Positions 50,254-63,130 of a DNA stretch of 64,000 bases are shown here, piece after piece. The first letter of the stretch is position 1, and every line of letters starts with the position of its first letter. The translations under genes were made by a program, and so were the position numbers. Origin of the DNA: Chiloscyllium plagiosum (lineage: Eukaryota). The DNA is taken from positions 32,315,101 to 32,379,100 of the forward strand of contig NC_057742.1 in NCBI RefSeq assembly GCF_004010195.1, written 5' to 3'. Under the pieces are notes generated by a model. The model was not told the origin of the DNA, made no database searches, and saw only the letters and a program-made list of their open reading frames with translations.

Positions 50254-52459
50254 CCTAATCCCCATACTGATCTATAGTAACTCATAGAAGTCTGCCTCCT
50301 CACCTTATTCCACTCTCATGGAGTGGTCAACCTCAACCTGCTCGCAACCAAATATCCCTTCGAATATACAGGGGATTTATGGCTGCATGCCACTGAGCTC
50401 CAAATGTAAGGGGTTGGTACGTGACCTTGCATCATTGACAAATTAAGTCTTTTTTTAAAAATTAAAGTAATCAAAGGTTGCATTTTCGGGCAAGGTACAA
50501 TGAGTTACAATTGTACAAGCTTGTCACATTTTTCTGTTCAACTAAAACAAAGGGAAGGGATGTTTTAACCTCAATATTTCGTTGAGACACCCTGTTCAAA
50601 CATGACAAACTTTTTGTACGTCACCTTCCAAGCAAAAGTGAACATTGACAGTTGTGATTTGTAAGCAACCTGGTCAAAATTGCGAAAGTACTCTTCTGCA
50701 GCAGATTGGCCTTGAATGCAAGCCCTTCAGGCTCAGAGGTAGAGATACAGCCATTGTACCACCACACCCTGCAGCTGGAGTTATACTGTGACCAAGAGGT
50801 ACTTGCCAATATTCGATGCCCCCTTAAATTCCCAACCTGAGACATTCATTGGCTGTTCCTAGGTGCGTGATAAGTGAAAATAGCCTCGTGTTTTCTTGAA
50901 AGGAATTATTGGCAAACTACAAAACTTGAACCCGAGGGAGACTGTCGTGTCCCTACGTCTGAACCAGAAGGTATCTGCTCCTATCTGCTCTCAGGTCCTA
51001 TCTGCTCAAGAAGGGTCACATCACACATTTGGACGGATTGATAAAAAAAAGACGGACCCAAGGTAGCCTCGCCTCACCCGCAGATACAATATTTTACATA
51101 TCCAGAGAAATTGCATTTCACCACATTCTCTGACAGAATCCGTTACAAACCCGTATGAGTTTAATCGTTCAATATTTAAGCACCGCCCAGTGTGGAGGTG
51201 ACATTTCTTCTCGACATTTGGATGTGAGGACGGAAAAAAGGAAAGATGGACGTATCGTAAAAGACAACATCGATCGAATTGGAAAGGTGGCAAGAAACAA
51301 CCGGGAGCTTTCAGAGGCAAAGACCAAGATGACTCTGTCAGAGTGACAAGGGAATAATCACAATGATAGAGAAAGGCAGCGGCTTTCACTATTAGATACA
51401 TATTAATTATGGCAGGTTTAGAAAATAACGCCTCGTATCAGAGCGAATGAAAGCAGCAGCTCTCCAGAGAAACATTCCTTTCAGAAACCCAACACCTCGC
51501 CTCACCTATGCCTCAGCTGATTCAGCTGCTGAGGAGCAAAGCCACTCATGTCAGAGGGAGATCTGTGATTGATCGATTTCAATCAGCGTTATCGTCACTT
51601 CTCTCAGCTCCAGTTGTAGCAGAGCTGATTGGTTGCAACACCATTGAAGGAGCGGGAACACTAATCAGTTCTGTCTACATTTTTTCGGTCAGTATCCGTT
51701 TATAATGTTCACAGTCGAAGCTTGTGTGCCTTTTGGGTTAATTCAAGACCAATGGTCTCTTGCTTACTGAACGGGCAGACACATAAACTGGTGGCAAAAA
51801 ACAGAAATTGCTGGAAAAACTTAGCAGGTCTGGCAGCACCTGTGCGGCGAAATCAGAGTTAATGGTTTCGGGTCAGAACCTTATACAGTATCCACATTTC
51901 TTTGTTGTTATTTAAACTGTGATATCAGAGGCAGAAAAATGGTTTAAAAGGTTAAAAAAAAAAGCCCAAATTGACAACTTCTCATTCACAAGCCCCGTTT
52001 ATAGTTGACAAGGAAATCCAATTCCAACATTCTATCGAGTTGTTCAGTGGATTGAAATCCCACGGTTTGTCTGCAAATGTACCCGAGAGTGGAAGCTCAC
52101 TTTTTCAACAAAAAATCATGAGGTACGAGGTTCTTTCTTGCAGCTTTTATCATAATTGATTCCATTCCTTTTCCAAGTTCTCCATAAAAACCGTAAGAAT
52201 CGTACCCCGTGAGAATCGGACTTAATATTTTAAACCTCTCAACAAAGCCCCAGCAAATCACATTGACAGTGAACGGAGGAGGTTTCGATGTAAAATGGTT
52301 CCTTTTTTTCAGAATCTTAGAATATTAACAAATTTTTTTAGGAATTTGTTTTTAAAGTCGCTCAAGCAAATGGCCAGAACGTGAAATTTAGAGAAACACC
52401 AGCCCGGTTCATAAATCGATTTTTTCTTTTGTTTTGTATCTTAATTTATCAAACATTTT

Positions 52460-52605
52460 AATTAATCGGAAAGCGAAAAGTTTCAAATGAAGAAGTCACT
52501 ATATGAAGTTGGGTTGGGAGGAGCAGTAGTTGTAAGATTCCCTAGCACACTGCGGTTAGAAGCAAACTCGATTCGTTTTTATAACGTCAAAGGAATACCC
52601 TGGTG
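52460..52605 (+). promoter_or_regulatory. IFN-D promoter: IRF element and TATA-like box
   Basis: GAAAGCGAAA at 52469-52478; TATAA at 52580-52584 followed by CGTCAAAGGAATACCC, identical to IFN-C. Confidence 0.62.
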
Positions 52606-52758
52606 TACACCTTTAAGATGTGCGCATCTCACCCAAAAGGAATATTCCTTAAAACCCACCGGGGAAGGAGTTCACCTCGTGTTGTTACCGTTTGTGGAGC
52701 TGAAATCCAGTCCACTCCCACTCTGCAGCTTCAGATCGCTGTCTTGTATTGTTTAAAC

Positions 52759-55539
52759 ATGGGTTTTCCTGGTGTCTGGGGATTGTGCAGCTTGTTTGTC
52801 TTATTGCCCGGAATCCTGAGCCAGGACTGCCAGAGACTACAGTTACAGCAAGTGCTAAACAGGGATGCTCTAAAGATCCTGACGGACATGGTGAGTTAAT
52901 AGAAAGATCAGTGGTACGGGCAAGGCAATTCTCATCTTAAACCTGCAGTTTCTCGGGATATTCTCACTTGCAATTGTTGAGATTGGGTGCTTTTCACCAT
53001 GCTGTGTGGAATGCCTCCTTGAGAGAATAGTCACGTTGGTATAAAAATGCGAAATGAAATGTGTGGAAAAACAGGACGTTTTTATAACGAACGTGGCTGA
53101 TTTAGTTAGGAGGAGAGTTAAATACCGTGGAAGTGTGGCGCTGGAAAAGCACAGCCAGTCAGGCAGCATTGGAAGAGCAGCAGAGTTGACGTTTAGAACA
53201 AGATGGAGGTGGGGGTAATGGTGATAGGTCAGAGAGAGAGTGGAGCGGATAGGTGGTAAGGAAGATGGACAGGTAGGACAGTTCAAGAGGATGGGTGCCC
53301 AGTTGGAGCTGGGATAAGGGGAGGGGAAATTAAACTGGTGAAATCCACATTGATTCTGTGTGGTTGGAGGGTCCTAAAGCGGAAGATGAGGTGTTCTTCC
53401 TCCAGGCGTCAGGTGGCGAGAATTTGGAGGCAGGGGAGGCCCAGGACTTACATGTCCTTTGCAAGTGGGAGGGGGAGTTAAAGTGTTAGCCCACAGGGGT
53501 TGCTTAGTGCGTGTACCCCAGAGATGTTCTCTGAAACGTTCCGAAGGAAATGTGACTGTAGTAGCGGGTCTGCTTCAGGACATAAAAGCAAATTACTGCG
53601 GATGCTGGAATCTGAAACCAAAAGAGAAATTGCCGGAAAATCTCAGCAGGTCTGGCAGCATCTGTAAGGAGAGAAAAGAGCTGACGTTTCAAGTCTAACT
53701 GACACTTTGCCAAAGCTGACAAAGGGTCAATTAGACTCGAAACGTCAGCTTTTTTCTCTCCTTACAGATGCTGTCAGACCTGCTGAGATTTTCCAGCATT
53801 TTCTCTTCTGTTCCAGGACATGACTGAAGAGCTTCAGGACACAGGAGAGGAGCTGGGGGGTGCAGTGAGAGAGAGAGCGACTCACTGAGATCCTTGTAGA
53901 GGGAGGAAGAGAAATTGTTCAAATTAGGTATCCTTGGAAGAGGCTTCACAGCAATGTTATAATCAACTAGGAGAAAGTGAGGGCTGCAGGTGCTGGAGAT
54001 CAGAGTGGAAGAGTGTGGTGCTGGAAAAGCACAGTCTATCAGTCAGCATCGGAATAGCAGGAGAGTCGACGTTTCCAGCATAAGCCCTTCATCAGGAATG
54101 AAGAGGACTGAGAGATAAGGGGAGGGGGTGTCTTGAGAATGGGGTAAGGTAGCTGGCAATGCCATTGGTAGATGAGGTGGGGGTGAAGGGGGCCTGTCCA
54201 TCTTCATCCCCACCTACCTGCTCCACCCTCCTCTCTGAAATATCACATTGAAGTTGATATTTCAGAGACGAGGGTGGAGCAGCTAGGTGGGAATGAAAAT
54301 GGACAGGTCCCCTTCACCCCCACCTTCACCTACCTCTTGCATTCACAGCTATTTTCCTCCAGCCCCACCTCCTCCCATTTTTCTCTCCGTCCCCTTGGGC
54401 CACCCCTCATTCTTGATGAAGAGATTATGCGCAAAACGTTGATTCTTCTGCTCCTCGGATGATGGCTAACCGGCTATGCTTTTCCAGCAACATACACTTC
54501 GATCCTTCGGACAGTTAAATATGTGAGGTAAAATCGGGAAGCAAATTGTTCAGTGATAATGAATGGCCGTAGATGCTTTGGGGGAAACATTTCTAACTAC
54601 TTGTTTGTGTTCGGAGCCGCTTCTGACACTTTCTGTCCTATTATAGGGAGGGTCCTTTCCACTGCAGTGTGTAGCAACCAGAGAATCACTGCAAATCGAT
54701 CCCCTGGATCTGCACCAGCTCGTCAACCGGTCACAGGTGAGTGTGTTCCTTGTAAACCCTCAGTTCGCCCAGGTGGAATAAATGTAGGGAAATATCTCCA
54801 ATCCAGCCAAAACAAGAAGTTTGGCAATGATCCCAAAAGTTGGTCTGAAAGTTCAACGTGTCTGTGATGAATAAACAGGCTAGAAATGTTTTGAAGTTAA
54901 TTTCTTCTTTTTCGTAATTGTTGCTGTTAACTTGTCAGCCAGACACAGGATAGTGCAATAGAAAGCACCTCGGTATTAATCAGTATTGTTAAAAACAATA
55001 TTGATGATGCCTTTGTAAATTCAAACAGCCTATATATTTGCAGTTTCAAATGTCGATTGCAATAGTCAGTTACACGAGAAATGTCCTGTGTATTTCTCTC
55101 AGGCCCAGGAAAAGTTCCAGATTGTTCACCAAACTTTGCGTCACATCAGCAAGATCTACAGCAGGAGCCTGGGGTCAGTCACCTGGTCCCGGGAGAAGGT
55201 CGAAAACTTTCGTCTTCTCCTGGAACGTCAGCTCCAGGAGTTGGAAACGTGTGTGAGAAAACCAGGAGCTGGGTCCAGGCAGAGGAGAAACTCCGCCATT
55301 CTCAAATACTTCAAGAAACTGAACAAGTTTCTCAAACAGAAGGTGTGACAATTGATAACTGACTGGCATTCAGTTCATGTCAACCCATTTAAATCTGTTC
55401 AATTTTCTAATGGGGTTTTCTCTATGTTTGCATTTTACAGAAATTCAGTGACTGCTCCTGGGAAATAATCCGCACTGAGACCAGAGCCCGTCTACAACAG
55501 CTGCTGTTCATAACGGGACAACTGAACAAAAGCAACTAA
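52759..55539 (+). CDS. Type I interferon, 4 exons (IFN-D), 186 aa; mature protein identical to IFN-C
   Basis: Exons: 52759-52890 MGFPGVWGLCSLFVLLPGILSQDCQRLQLQQVLNRDALKILTDM; 54647-54736; 55103-55342; 55441-55539. Exons 2-4 sit exactly 10005 nt downstream of the IFN-C exons. Intron 1 is 1756 nt because of a ~1.4 kb insertion. Confidence 0.95.
53125..54512. mobile_element. Composite Penelope-like insertion (~1.39 kb) in IFN-D intron 1
   Basis: Absent from IFN-C intron 1; flanked by AGTTAAATA (53116-53124, 54513-54521); the ends are inverted copies of the GTGTTGCTGGAAAAGCACAGC motif; internal hairpin at 53623-53806. Confidence 0.75.
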
Positions 55540-55848
55540 GGATTTTCCATTGATACTTATTAAAATCAGGGATCGATTATTATTTAATATTTAAATATTG
55601 AAGTTTTACAGAAGTGTTGCATTGCTCGATTAAGGGAATCAAGCCAGTATAATTCTGAATGACATTTGTTCAGAGTAATCTAATTAACAACATGACCTTA
55701 ATATTCAAAGCGAGGTTGATATTTATCTGGAATATGAACATATTTAAAATGCAAAATATTTGTATGTTCAAGTCGCTGAAATATGTATGTTATTTTGTAA
55801 ACTATTTATGACAAGAGATGTTGCTCAATTACACCAATTAGTAATAAA
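55540..55848 (+). promoter_or_regulatory. IFN-D 3' UTR with AU-rich elements and polyA signal
   Basis: Near-identical to the IFN-C 3' UTR; AATAAA at 55843-55848. Confidence 0.7.
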
Positions 55849-57544
55849 TCTTTTGAATTTTAGCATTTTATTTTGTGGTCTTTGTTTCTACACGAGGTTC
55901 ATGTCTGTTGGGAATGTTAGATGACCTGGGTGGCTGATTTGCAGTAACGCCAACAGTTTGGGCTCACTTCCCTGGCTGATGTCCCCATCAAGGACTATCC
56001 TCCTCACCTTCTCCCCTCACCTGAAGTCTGGTGACCCTAAGTCACCGCTGTCTAATGGTAGAACCATAGGTCTGATCTATGGTAGCTTCTTCATCCTGCA
56101 GTTGGGGAGGGGATGTCGCGTAGCCCAGTATTACCTTGCAGTGCCCTTGAGCTGGGAACTTCCGGTTTCGACTCCCATCTGGAAGGAATCCTAATGACGA
56201 GATTCTAACAGCCATCGTCATAATCTTTCCAAAACTTCCCCACGAGGTGCTAAAGGAAGACGGAATATGAAGATACCATGTTAACACTGTCCTACATAGC
56301 CCCTGTGAATACCTGCAGTATAAATATCAGGCGCCTTTCTGATAATATGTTGTACCCTTGAGATTATATAATTAATTTTAATTTAAGCGTTCATATTTTT
56401 ATCCGGATACAGTGAACATCCTTCAAGTTGAAAAATGTTTGTTGTATGCCAGAGTCTCTGCATTGTGTGTATTTAACTAATTTTATTGCACTATAGTATT
56501 TATTGGCGTCAGACCTCTCAAATGTAACTTCGAAATAGATATTTTGTACTCTCTTTATGAAGTGTTTTCAAATTTTAACGTTAAGTTCCTCTCGTTTGCA
56601 TATGTATGTGTTAGTCTTTGCATGATCTTGAAATTATAATTACGTTTCATTCTTTATTTATCGATTTCCAAGTGATTTATTTGCTTTCTCTGGCCATGTT
56701 CTTTCAAGCATTGACTCCTGTCACTTTTTGGAGTGTTTCTTCCAGAGCAGGCTGTTGTCTGTATTCCACTAAATGAAATTTATCAAATTGCAGATATGGT
56801 GGTTACCGAGAGTTGTAAATGTATCATTGGTAACACGCCTTTGTGGGGGTGGGGGGTGGGGAAGGAACAGCAGAAACTCCTTTCTTGTTTATATCGCCCC
56901 TCTCCGCCCAACCTCTCACCCCCACCCCATGACTGTTTATCAGTATTCTTGCTTGAATGAGTTAGCCCATGGCAAATTTTAAAATAAAATAATTTGTGAA
57001 CGAAATTTAACATCAATTGGCCACTTCAGAGATAGAGATCTCTGCCATTCTACACAGTTACATACTGAGAATTACATTGCAAAATTTTATTGAGTGGAAT
57101 AATTATGGCTAAAGTTTGCATGAGACAAAATTATCAAATTATTTGCAAAATTAAGTAGAAATAAGTATTAAATATATTCTAAATAAATCTCAACAATTCA
57201 AACAATTAATGTAACAGTTTCATCCAAAGATTGTAAACTACAAATAAAATCAGAAAAGGTAGCTGCAGCTGGCCCTTGTATTTGGGCTCCCAGTCTGTCT
57301 AACATAAAAATACTCATGGTTAGAACAGGGAGGGGACAATGGGAAGCAGTGAATGCTAAAATTGATTTGAATAAATAATTACAAAGTCATTCATTTGCAG
57401 TGTTTTTATCCCTGAACATTCACACTTACTACAAATTGACACCAATGTGAAATGGCAGAGTTTTAGAGCCCTACTGCTCTATTACTATGTTTTAACAGCA
57501 CCTTTATTTTCACAGCACATTCTGTCAAGTTGTTAATACTAATG

Positions 57545-57655
57545 GCATAATACGTGTGAGGATTTCCAAAGCAAGCATAGCCTTTAGTAGACTTTGGACA
57601 TCAGTCTGGAAATAAAAAGGAGTAAGTCTGTCTACCAAATGAAAGCTCAGTGTAC
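57545..57655 (+). mobile_element. RTE-like LINE fragment
   Basis: Translates as RISKASIAFSRLWTSVWK*KGVSLSTK, resembling an RTE RT C-terminal region. Confidence 0.45.
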
Positions 57656-60600
57656 AAAGGTCTTGCCCATAATTAGAACTGAGCTATTGGAAGTATTTAA
57701 TAAGACTCGAAGCATATGTGGAGAGAGAAAAAGTTAACATTTTCAATCAAACAAGATTCTTCAAAACTAAAAGAAGAAGAAATGTAATGGGTTTTATATC
57801 TTTAGAAAGTGGGAGGAAGATGGGGATAAAGGGAAGATCTGAAAGTAAAAACTATGGGTAGAATGGAATCAGAGTAGCAATAATAAAATTAAATGGGAAT
57901 GGCATTCTTTGCTTGAAATTATCAAATTTGCTGAGCCAGAAGACAGTAAAGATTTGCTAAAAGATGAGTTGCTATTCCTTGAACTTGCATTGAACTTACA
58001 GGAGTGCTAAAGCAGATCAAAGGCAGAAATGTGAGACCAAAATGTTGAAGTAAAATGTTAACTAGATTATCATAAAATGTAGGAGCAAAAGTAAGTCATT
58101 CAGTCCACTAAGTCTGCTTTCCCATTCAACTCCACTTTTCTGTCTTTTTTCCATGACTTATGGTTCCCTTACGAATTACAAACCTATCTTGAAGTTCAAT
58201 AAGGAGATTATCCAATCTGTGTTTGCTCTCTGCATTATGAATCAGACTAAATTGAGAGCATTAAATGCATTATATTAATTTGGAAGTATGACTAGTAAAT
58301 CAAAGCTTCATCTGGAAGGAGTATTTGGAGCCTTAGATTATAACGAGACAAGGTCCTTCTAATTCTGGTCTTGCATAGTGTACTAGCAACATGCCAAAAA
58401 GCGTCACTGTTTTCACATGAGCTGCTTATGAATATAAGAAGCTTTTGAATATCAGAAAGCAGAAATAAGTGCCAGACATTGAAATGCACATCTGAGCTCC
58501 ATTCTATTTGCAGCAGCACCTTCTGGGAGCAGTTTCCTATGTCTCAAGTCCTATCAAACTTCCCAAGTGATAAAATGAAATGAAGTGCTAAAGAAACTCA
58601 GCAAGTCTGGTAACATCTGGGTGGAGAGAAACAGTGCAGAGCAGTGTGTCAGATAACTGTACTTTACTGAGGAGATCCTTGCATTCACATACCACCTACC
58701 ATAACTGCAATCTCAGTGTAGGGCAATGACTGCAATGCCATTGTTTGTGGTGGTTTGATCAATTGCCTCAATTCCTATCAAACTGTGTTCAATGTTCCAT
58801 GCAACACCTCCCACTTTTCCATCCATTTTTGCATAAGAGAAATTACTGAACTGTATATTCTGAGACTGTTGAATAACTTTCAGTTACTCCTGCCAAAAAC
58901 AAGCAGACAGAACGAATGCACCGCATCACGGGAATTACAGGTCTTCTACTTGTGTAGCGTAACATTGACCACGTTTCTTACCAGGTGCCACATATCAGTT
59001 CTTAAATGCATTAGAACTTAGAAAGAAATGTCCATTCCTTAAAGCTGGTGTGACATGCTATGCACTACGTAGGTCAACATCTGGTATTCTGGCAGCAGTC
59101 AAGATGCCTTCATTCTGCAGCAGTCAAATGTGACATCTGCATTTGGGCACCAGGACAAATGATGATGTGGAATATCCTTTGACTATAGCTCATGACTTGA
59201 ATCTGCAACCTGTACATGAATGGACAGCATGGATACAAGGAATGTCATGTCATTAGATGAAATGTTAAAGATTAGGCCATTGGATACTGTAATGATGCTT
59301 TGGTACAGAATCAGAAGAAGTTGGAGCATGCTTTCCAACCTAATGTGTAGTAATTTTGTCTTCTAACTCAAAGTCTTGTCCATAAATAGTTCCAGTATCT
59401 ATTCCAGCCATCATAGTGATGCAGACTAGCTTTAAGTGAGGATATCCTTGAACAAACTGCTGTTGGTGCATGCAGCCATTTAGCAGTGTATTCAGCACTA
59501 GATATGTGCAGCAATCTGACATGTTCAGTTAGTTCAAAATTCTGCCTGCATCGGGAACTATTGACATGGATTATGAGGCACCTAATTTGAGACATGTCTG
59601 ATTTCACCCCTGTTACTTCCTACAGTGTTTGCTGGTCATGAAAGGCCTGAAACTGCTGCCTCAAAACCAGATACTCAAGATCCATGCCATGAAAAGTAGA
59701 TCCTGAGCAATGTTCCCAAGCTGGCCACATTTATTCTGGAACATTTGCTATTCCCAGTCCTTCTTGCAAACAAGTCTACATCGAACCATATGTCATTAAC
59801 AATTTTACATTTGAGATGGTAGGGACTTAAGTTTTGTTTGTTTTTGCCTGTTATTACAGTATGTACATGGAAAACAACAATAGTAATAGTGGATGAATGA
59901 GGTATCATGCATTTTACAAACTAATCAATATTGATCAAAATTATAATGAAAACAGAAACAGCTCAGAAAGGTCTGGCAGAAACTGTGAAGAGAGAAACAG
60001 AGTTAATGTTTTGAATCAATGAATGTTTTCTATCTCTTCTATCTCCTGGATGCAACCAAGCCTGTTGAGTATTTTGCAGCATTTTCAGTTTCTATTCAAT
60101 TTTCCAGCACTCGTAGGATGTTTCCTCTGTAAAGCAACATTTATTTCATGATAATGAAGGTAGCTACAATAAAAGAAAATTTAAAACTATTTCATGTAAC
60201 ATATGTTTCCATGACAGGAAATTGAACGGACATTGAAAAGAAAAAAATTATATCAAACTTTATGCAATAATGACATTGTCTCAGAATGAGACAGGAAATG
60301 GTGGCTTACTTTGGAGAAGCAGTAACCTACCAAGATGGAAATAATGACAGTTAAATAGAACTAAGTTCACAGCTGCATCCCTTTCAATCTCATAAACAAA
60401 GCAATAGTTTCAATGAGGAAGATTCACATGAACTGTGATCATTGTTAAACATTGAAACAAATTTAGCAACAATACAGATTCAACAGACAGTTTAAATCTG
60501 GAAAGACTTAATAAGCTTTTCTTTCAAGAAGACTGAGAGGTGGTTTCTCTCAAAGTTATGAAACAGTTTGATGTGAGTTAGACCAGTCATGACCAGCAAA

Positions 60601-61189
60601 CACTGTAGGAAGTAGCAGGGATGAAATCAGACATACCCCAAAGTAAGTGCCTGATAAGCCATGTGTTAGAGTTCAACATTAGAAGCCTTAAACATAAACT
60701 GATCACTGGCTAGGAGTGAACATAGTGCAATGGCAATGTCATTGCACTAATACTTTCAGGGCCTATATTATTGCTCCAGAGTTAGAATTCAAACCCTACC
60801 TCTGAAACACATAATTGGTGGACATTTAAATTCAACTCATAAAATATAAAATCAAAAGTATCATAAATTGCTGTTCAAAATGGTTTCATTAGTTTCCCTC
60901 CCTTTGAGGAAGGAAATCTGCCATCTTCACATGGTATGGCCCGCATGTGTCTCTACCACAAAAGGCTCTTAGGAATGATAGTGATGTGCATGTCATCTGA
61001 AAGAAATACACTCAGTGTAGAGTTTCTGTAGCTATAGAGTGGTTAAGAAGTAGAACTTGCTGGTAATTTTAAAAATAATCAAGATTGAAAAGAAAGCTTG
61101 CTTATTGAACCATTGAACTTTGGCTAGCTCCTCCCTCACATCTCTATAGTTCCCTTTGTTCAACTGCAATACTGACACTTCCAATCCTC

Positions 61190-63130
61190 CCTTCTCTCTC
61201 AAATTGCAGACTTAAACTTCTCTCCGATCAAATTTGGTTCATTGCGCAACACCAGATCCTGAATTGCCTTCTCCCTGGTAGGCTCCAGTACAAGCTGCTG
61301 TAAGAATCCATCTCAGAGGCACTCCACAAACTCGCTTTCTTGGGGTCCAGTACCATCCTGATTCTCCCGGTCTATCTGCATGTTGAAATCCCCCATAACA
61401 ATTGTAGTAATACCTTTGCGACAGGCCAATTTCAACTCCTTATTCAACTTACACACTACATCCAGATTACTGTTTGGGGCCTGTAGATAACTCCCATTAG
61501 GACCTTTTAACCTTAGAATTTCTCAGCTCTATCCATACTGACTCTACATCTCCAGATTCTATGTCCCCCCTCGCAAGGGACTGAATATCATTCCTCATCA
61601 ATAGGGCCACCCCACCCTCTCTGCCCATCAGTCTGTCCTTTCGATAGTACGTATAGCCTTGAATATTCATTTCCCAGGGTCTGTCTACTTGAAGCCACAT
61701 CTGTTATCTCCACAACATCATACCCGCAAATTTCCAACTGAGCCTCAAGCTCATCCACCTTATTTCTTATGCTTCGTGCATTCATATATAATATTTTTAT
61801 TTGTTACTCCCCTCACCCTTCCTATCAATCCCTATTTCACTTGACCGTACTTTATGATCCCTTTTTGAGTTTTCTGCTCCATTGATTCTGTTGTCTATCT
61901 TAACTTCTCTTATTCTCACCTTCCCTTTGACTTCCTTCTTGAATTTCCAGTTTTTCCCCTCACCCCCCCCCACTACTTAGTTTAAACACACTTGTGTTGC
62001 AGTGGCAAACCTACCTGCCAGAATGCTGGTCATCCACCTATTAAGGTGCAACCCATCCCTCTTGTATAATTTATCCTTACTGCAAAACATACCTCAGTGA
62101 TCCAATAATTTAAATCCTTGCTTCCTGCACCAGTTCCTCAGCCACACATTCAAGTCCATTGTCTCCCTGTTCCTGCCCTCTCCAGCCCGAGGAACTAGAA
62201 GCAAACCAGAGATAACCACTCTGGAAGTCCTGCTTTTCAGCCTTCTTCCGAGTTCTCTGAAGTCCCATTGTAGAATGTCCCACCTCTTCTTCCCGACATC
62301 ATTTGTGCCGATATGCACCACCACCTCTGGCTCTTCACCTTCTCCTTCGAGGATTCCCTGCACTCTGTCAGTGACGTCCTGGATCCTGGCACCAGATAGG
62401 CAACACACCATCCTCAAGTCCCATCTGTTGCCACAGAAACCCCTTTCAGTCCCTCTCACTATGGAGTCCCCTATTGCCATGGCTCTGCATGATGTCTGAC
62501 TCCTCAGCTCTGCCTCCACGCCAATTTTCGATTGGCCGATCTGTCTGCTTCTCGGACTGGCAGTGTCGTCTATCTCAACAGTTTCCAGGAAAGTCAACCT
62601 GTTCACAAAAGGTACTTCCCCAGGGTTTCTTGTACTTGAATCATCTCTTCCTTCCTCATCGTCATCTCCCTTCTCTCTTCTGGTATGCTCAGTGTAAGGA
62701 CCTCGCTGAAGGTCCTGTCCAGAAAATTCTCGTTCTCTCAGATGAGCCTGAGGTCATCAAGTTCTTTCTTCAGTGCTGCAACATGTTCCTTCAGAAGCTG
62801 AATGTGTACACACTTTCCACAGCTTTAAGAGCCAGAGACACCATCAGTGTCCCTGACCTCCCACATCATGCACACAGCACACTGAATCAGCTTGGCAGTC
62901 ATGTCTTCACCCGCTTCAACCTGTGGCATAATCTCTTTTCTCACCAGACACTTCCCTCGACCTCCTTTTTTTTAGCTGTGAGTTTGTGGACTCTTAATTA
63001 GGTTAGAGGAGGCCCAACTGTGTAGGACCTGGGGTCTAGAACACACCTACTTAATTAGCACTCACTAACCTTCCCAACAGCCTCTGTGCTCCGACCTCAC
63101 TTACGCCTCATTCCTGCTGCAAAAAAAAGC
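61190..63130 (-). mobile_element. CR1 LINE 5' part: ORF1 (SGNH esterase) and start of the ORF2 endonuclease
   Basis: AIGDSIVRG, VCCLSGARIQDV and HIGTNDV (62094-62606); NARSIRNKVDEL, YRKDR...GGGVAL and ESVWIELRN (61500-61785). Confidence 0.9.

Larger units (their letters stand above)
52380..56342 (+). repeat. Segmental duplication copy 2
   Basis: Paired with 43790-46337; longer because of the intron-1 insertion. Confidence 0.92.
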
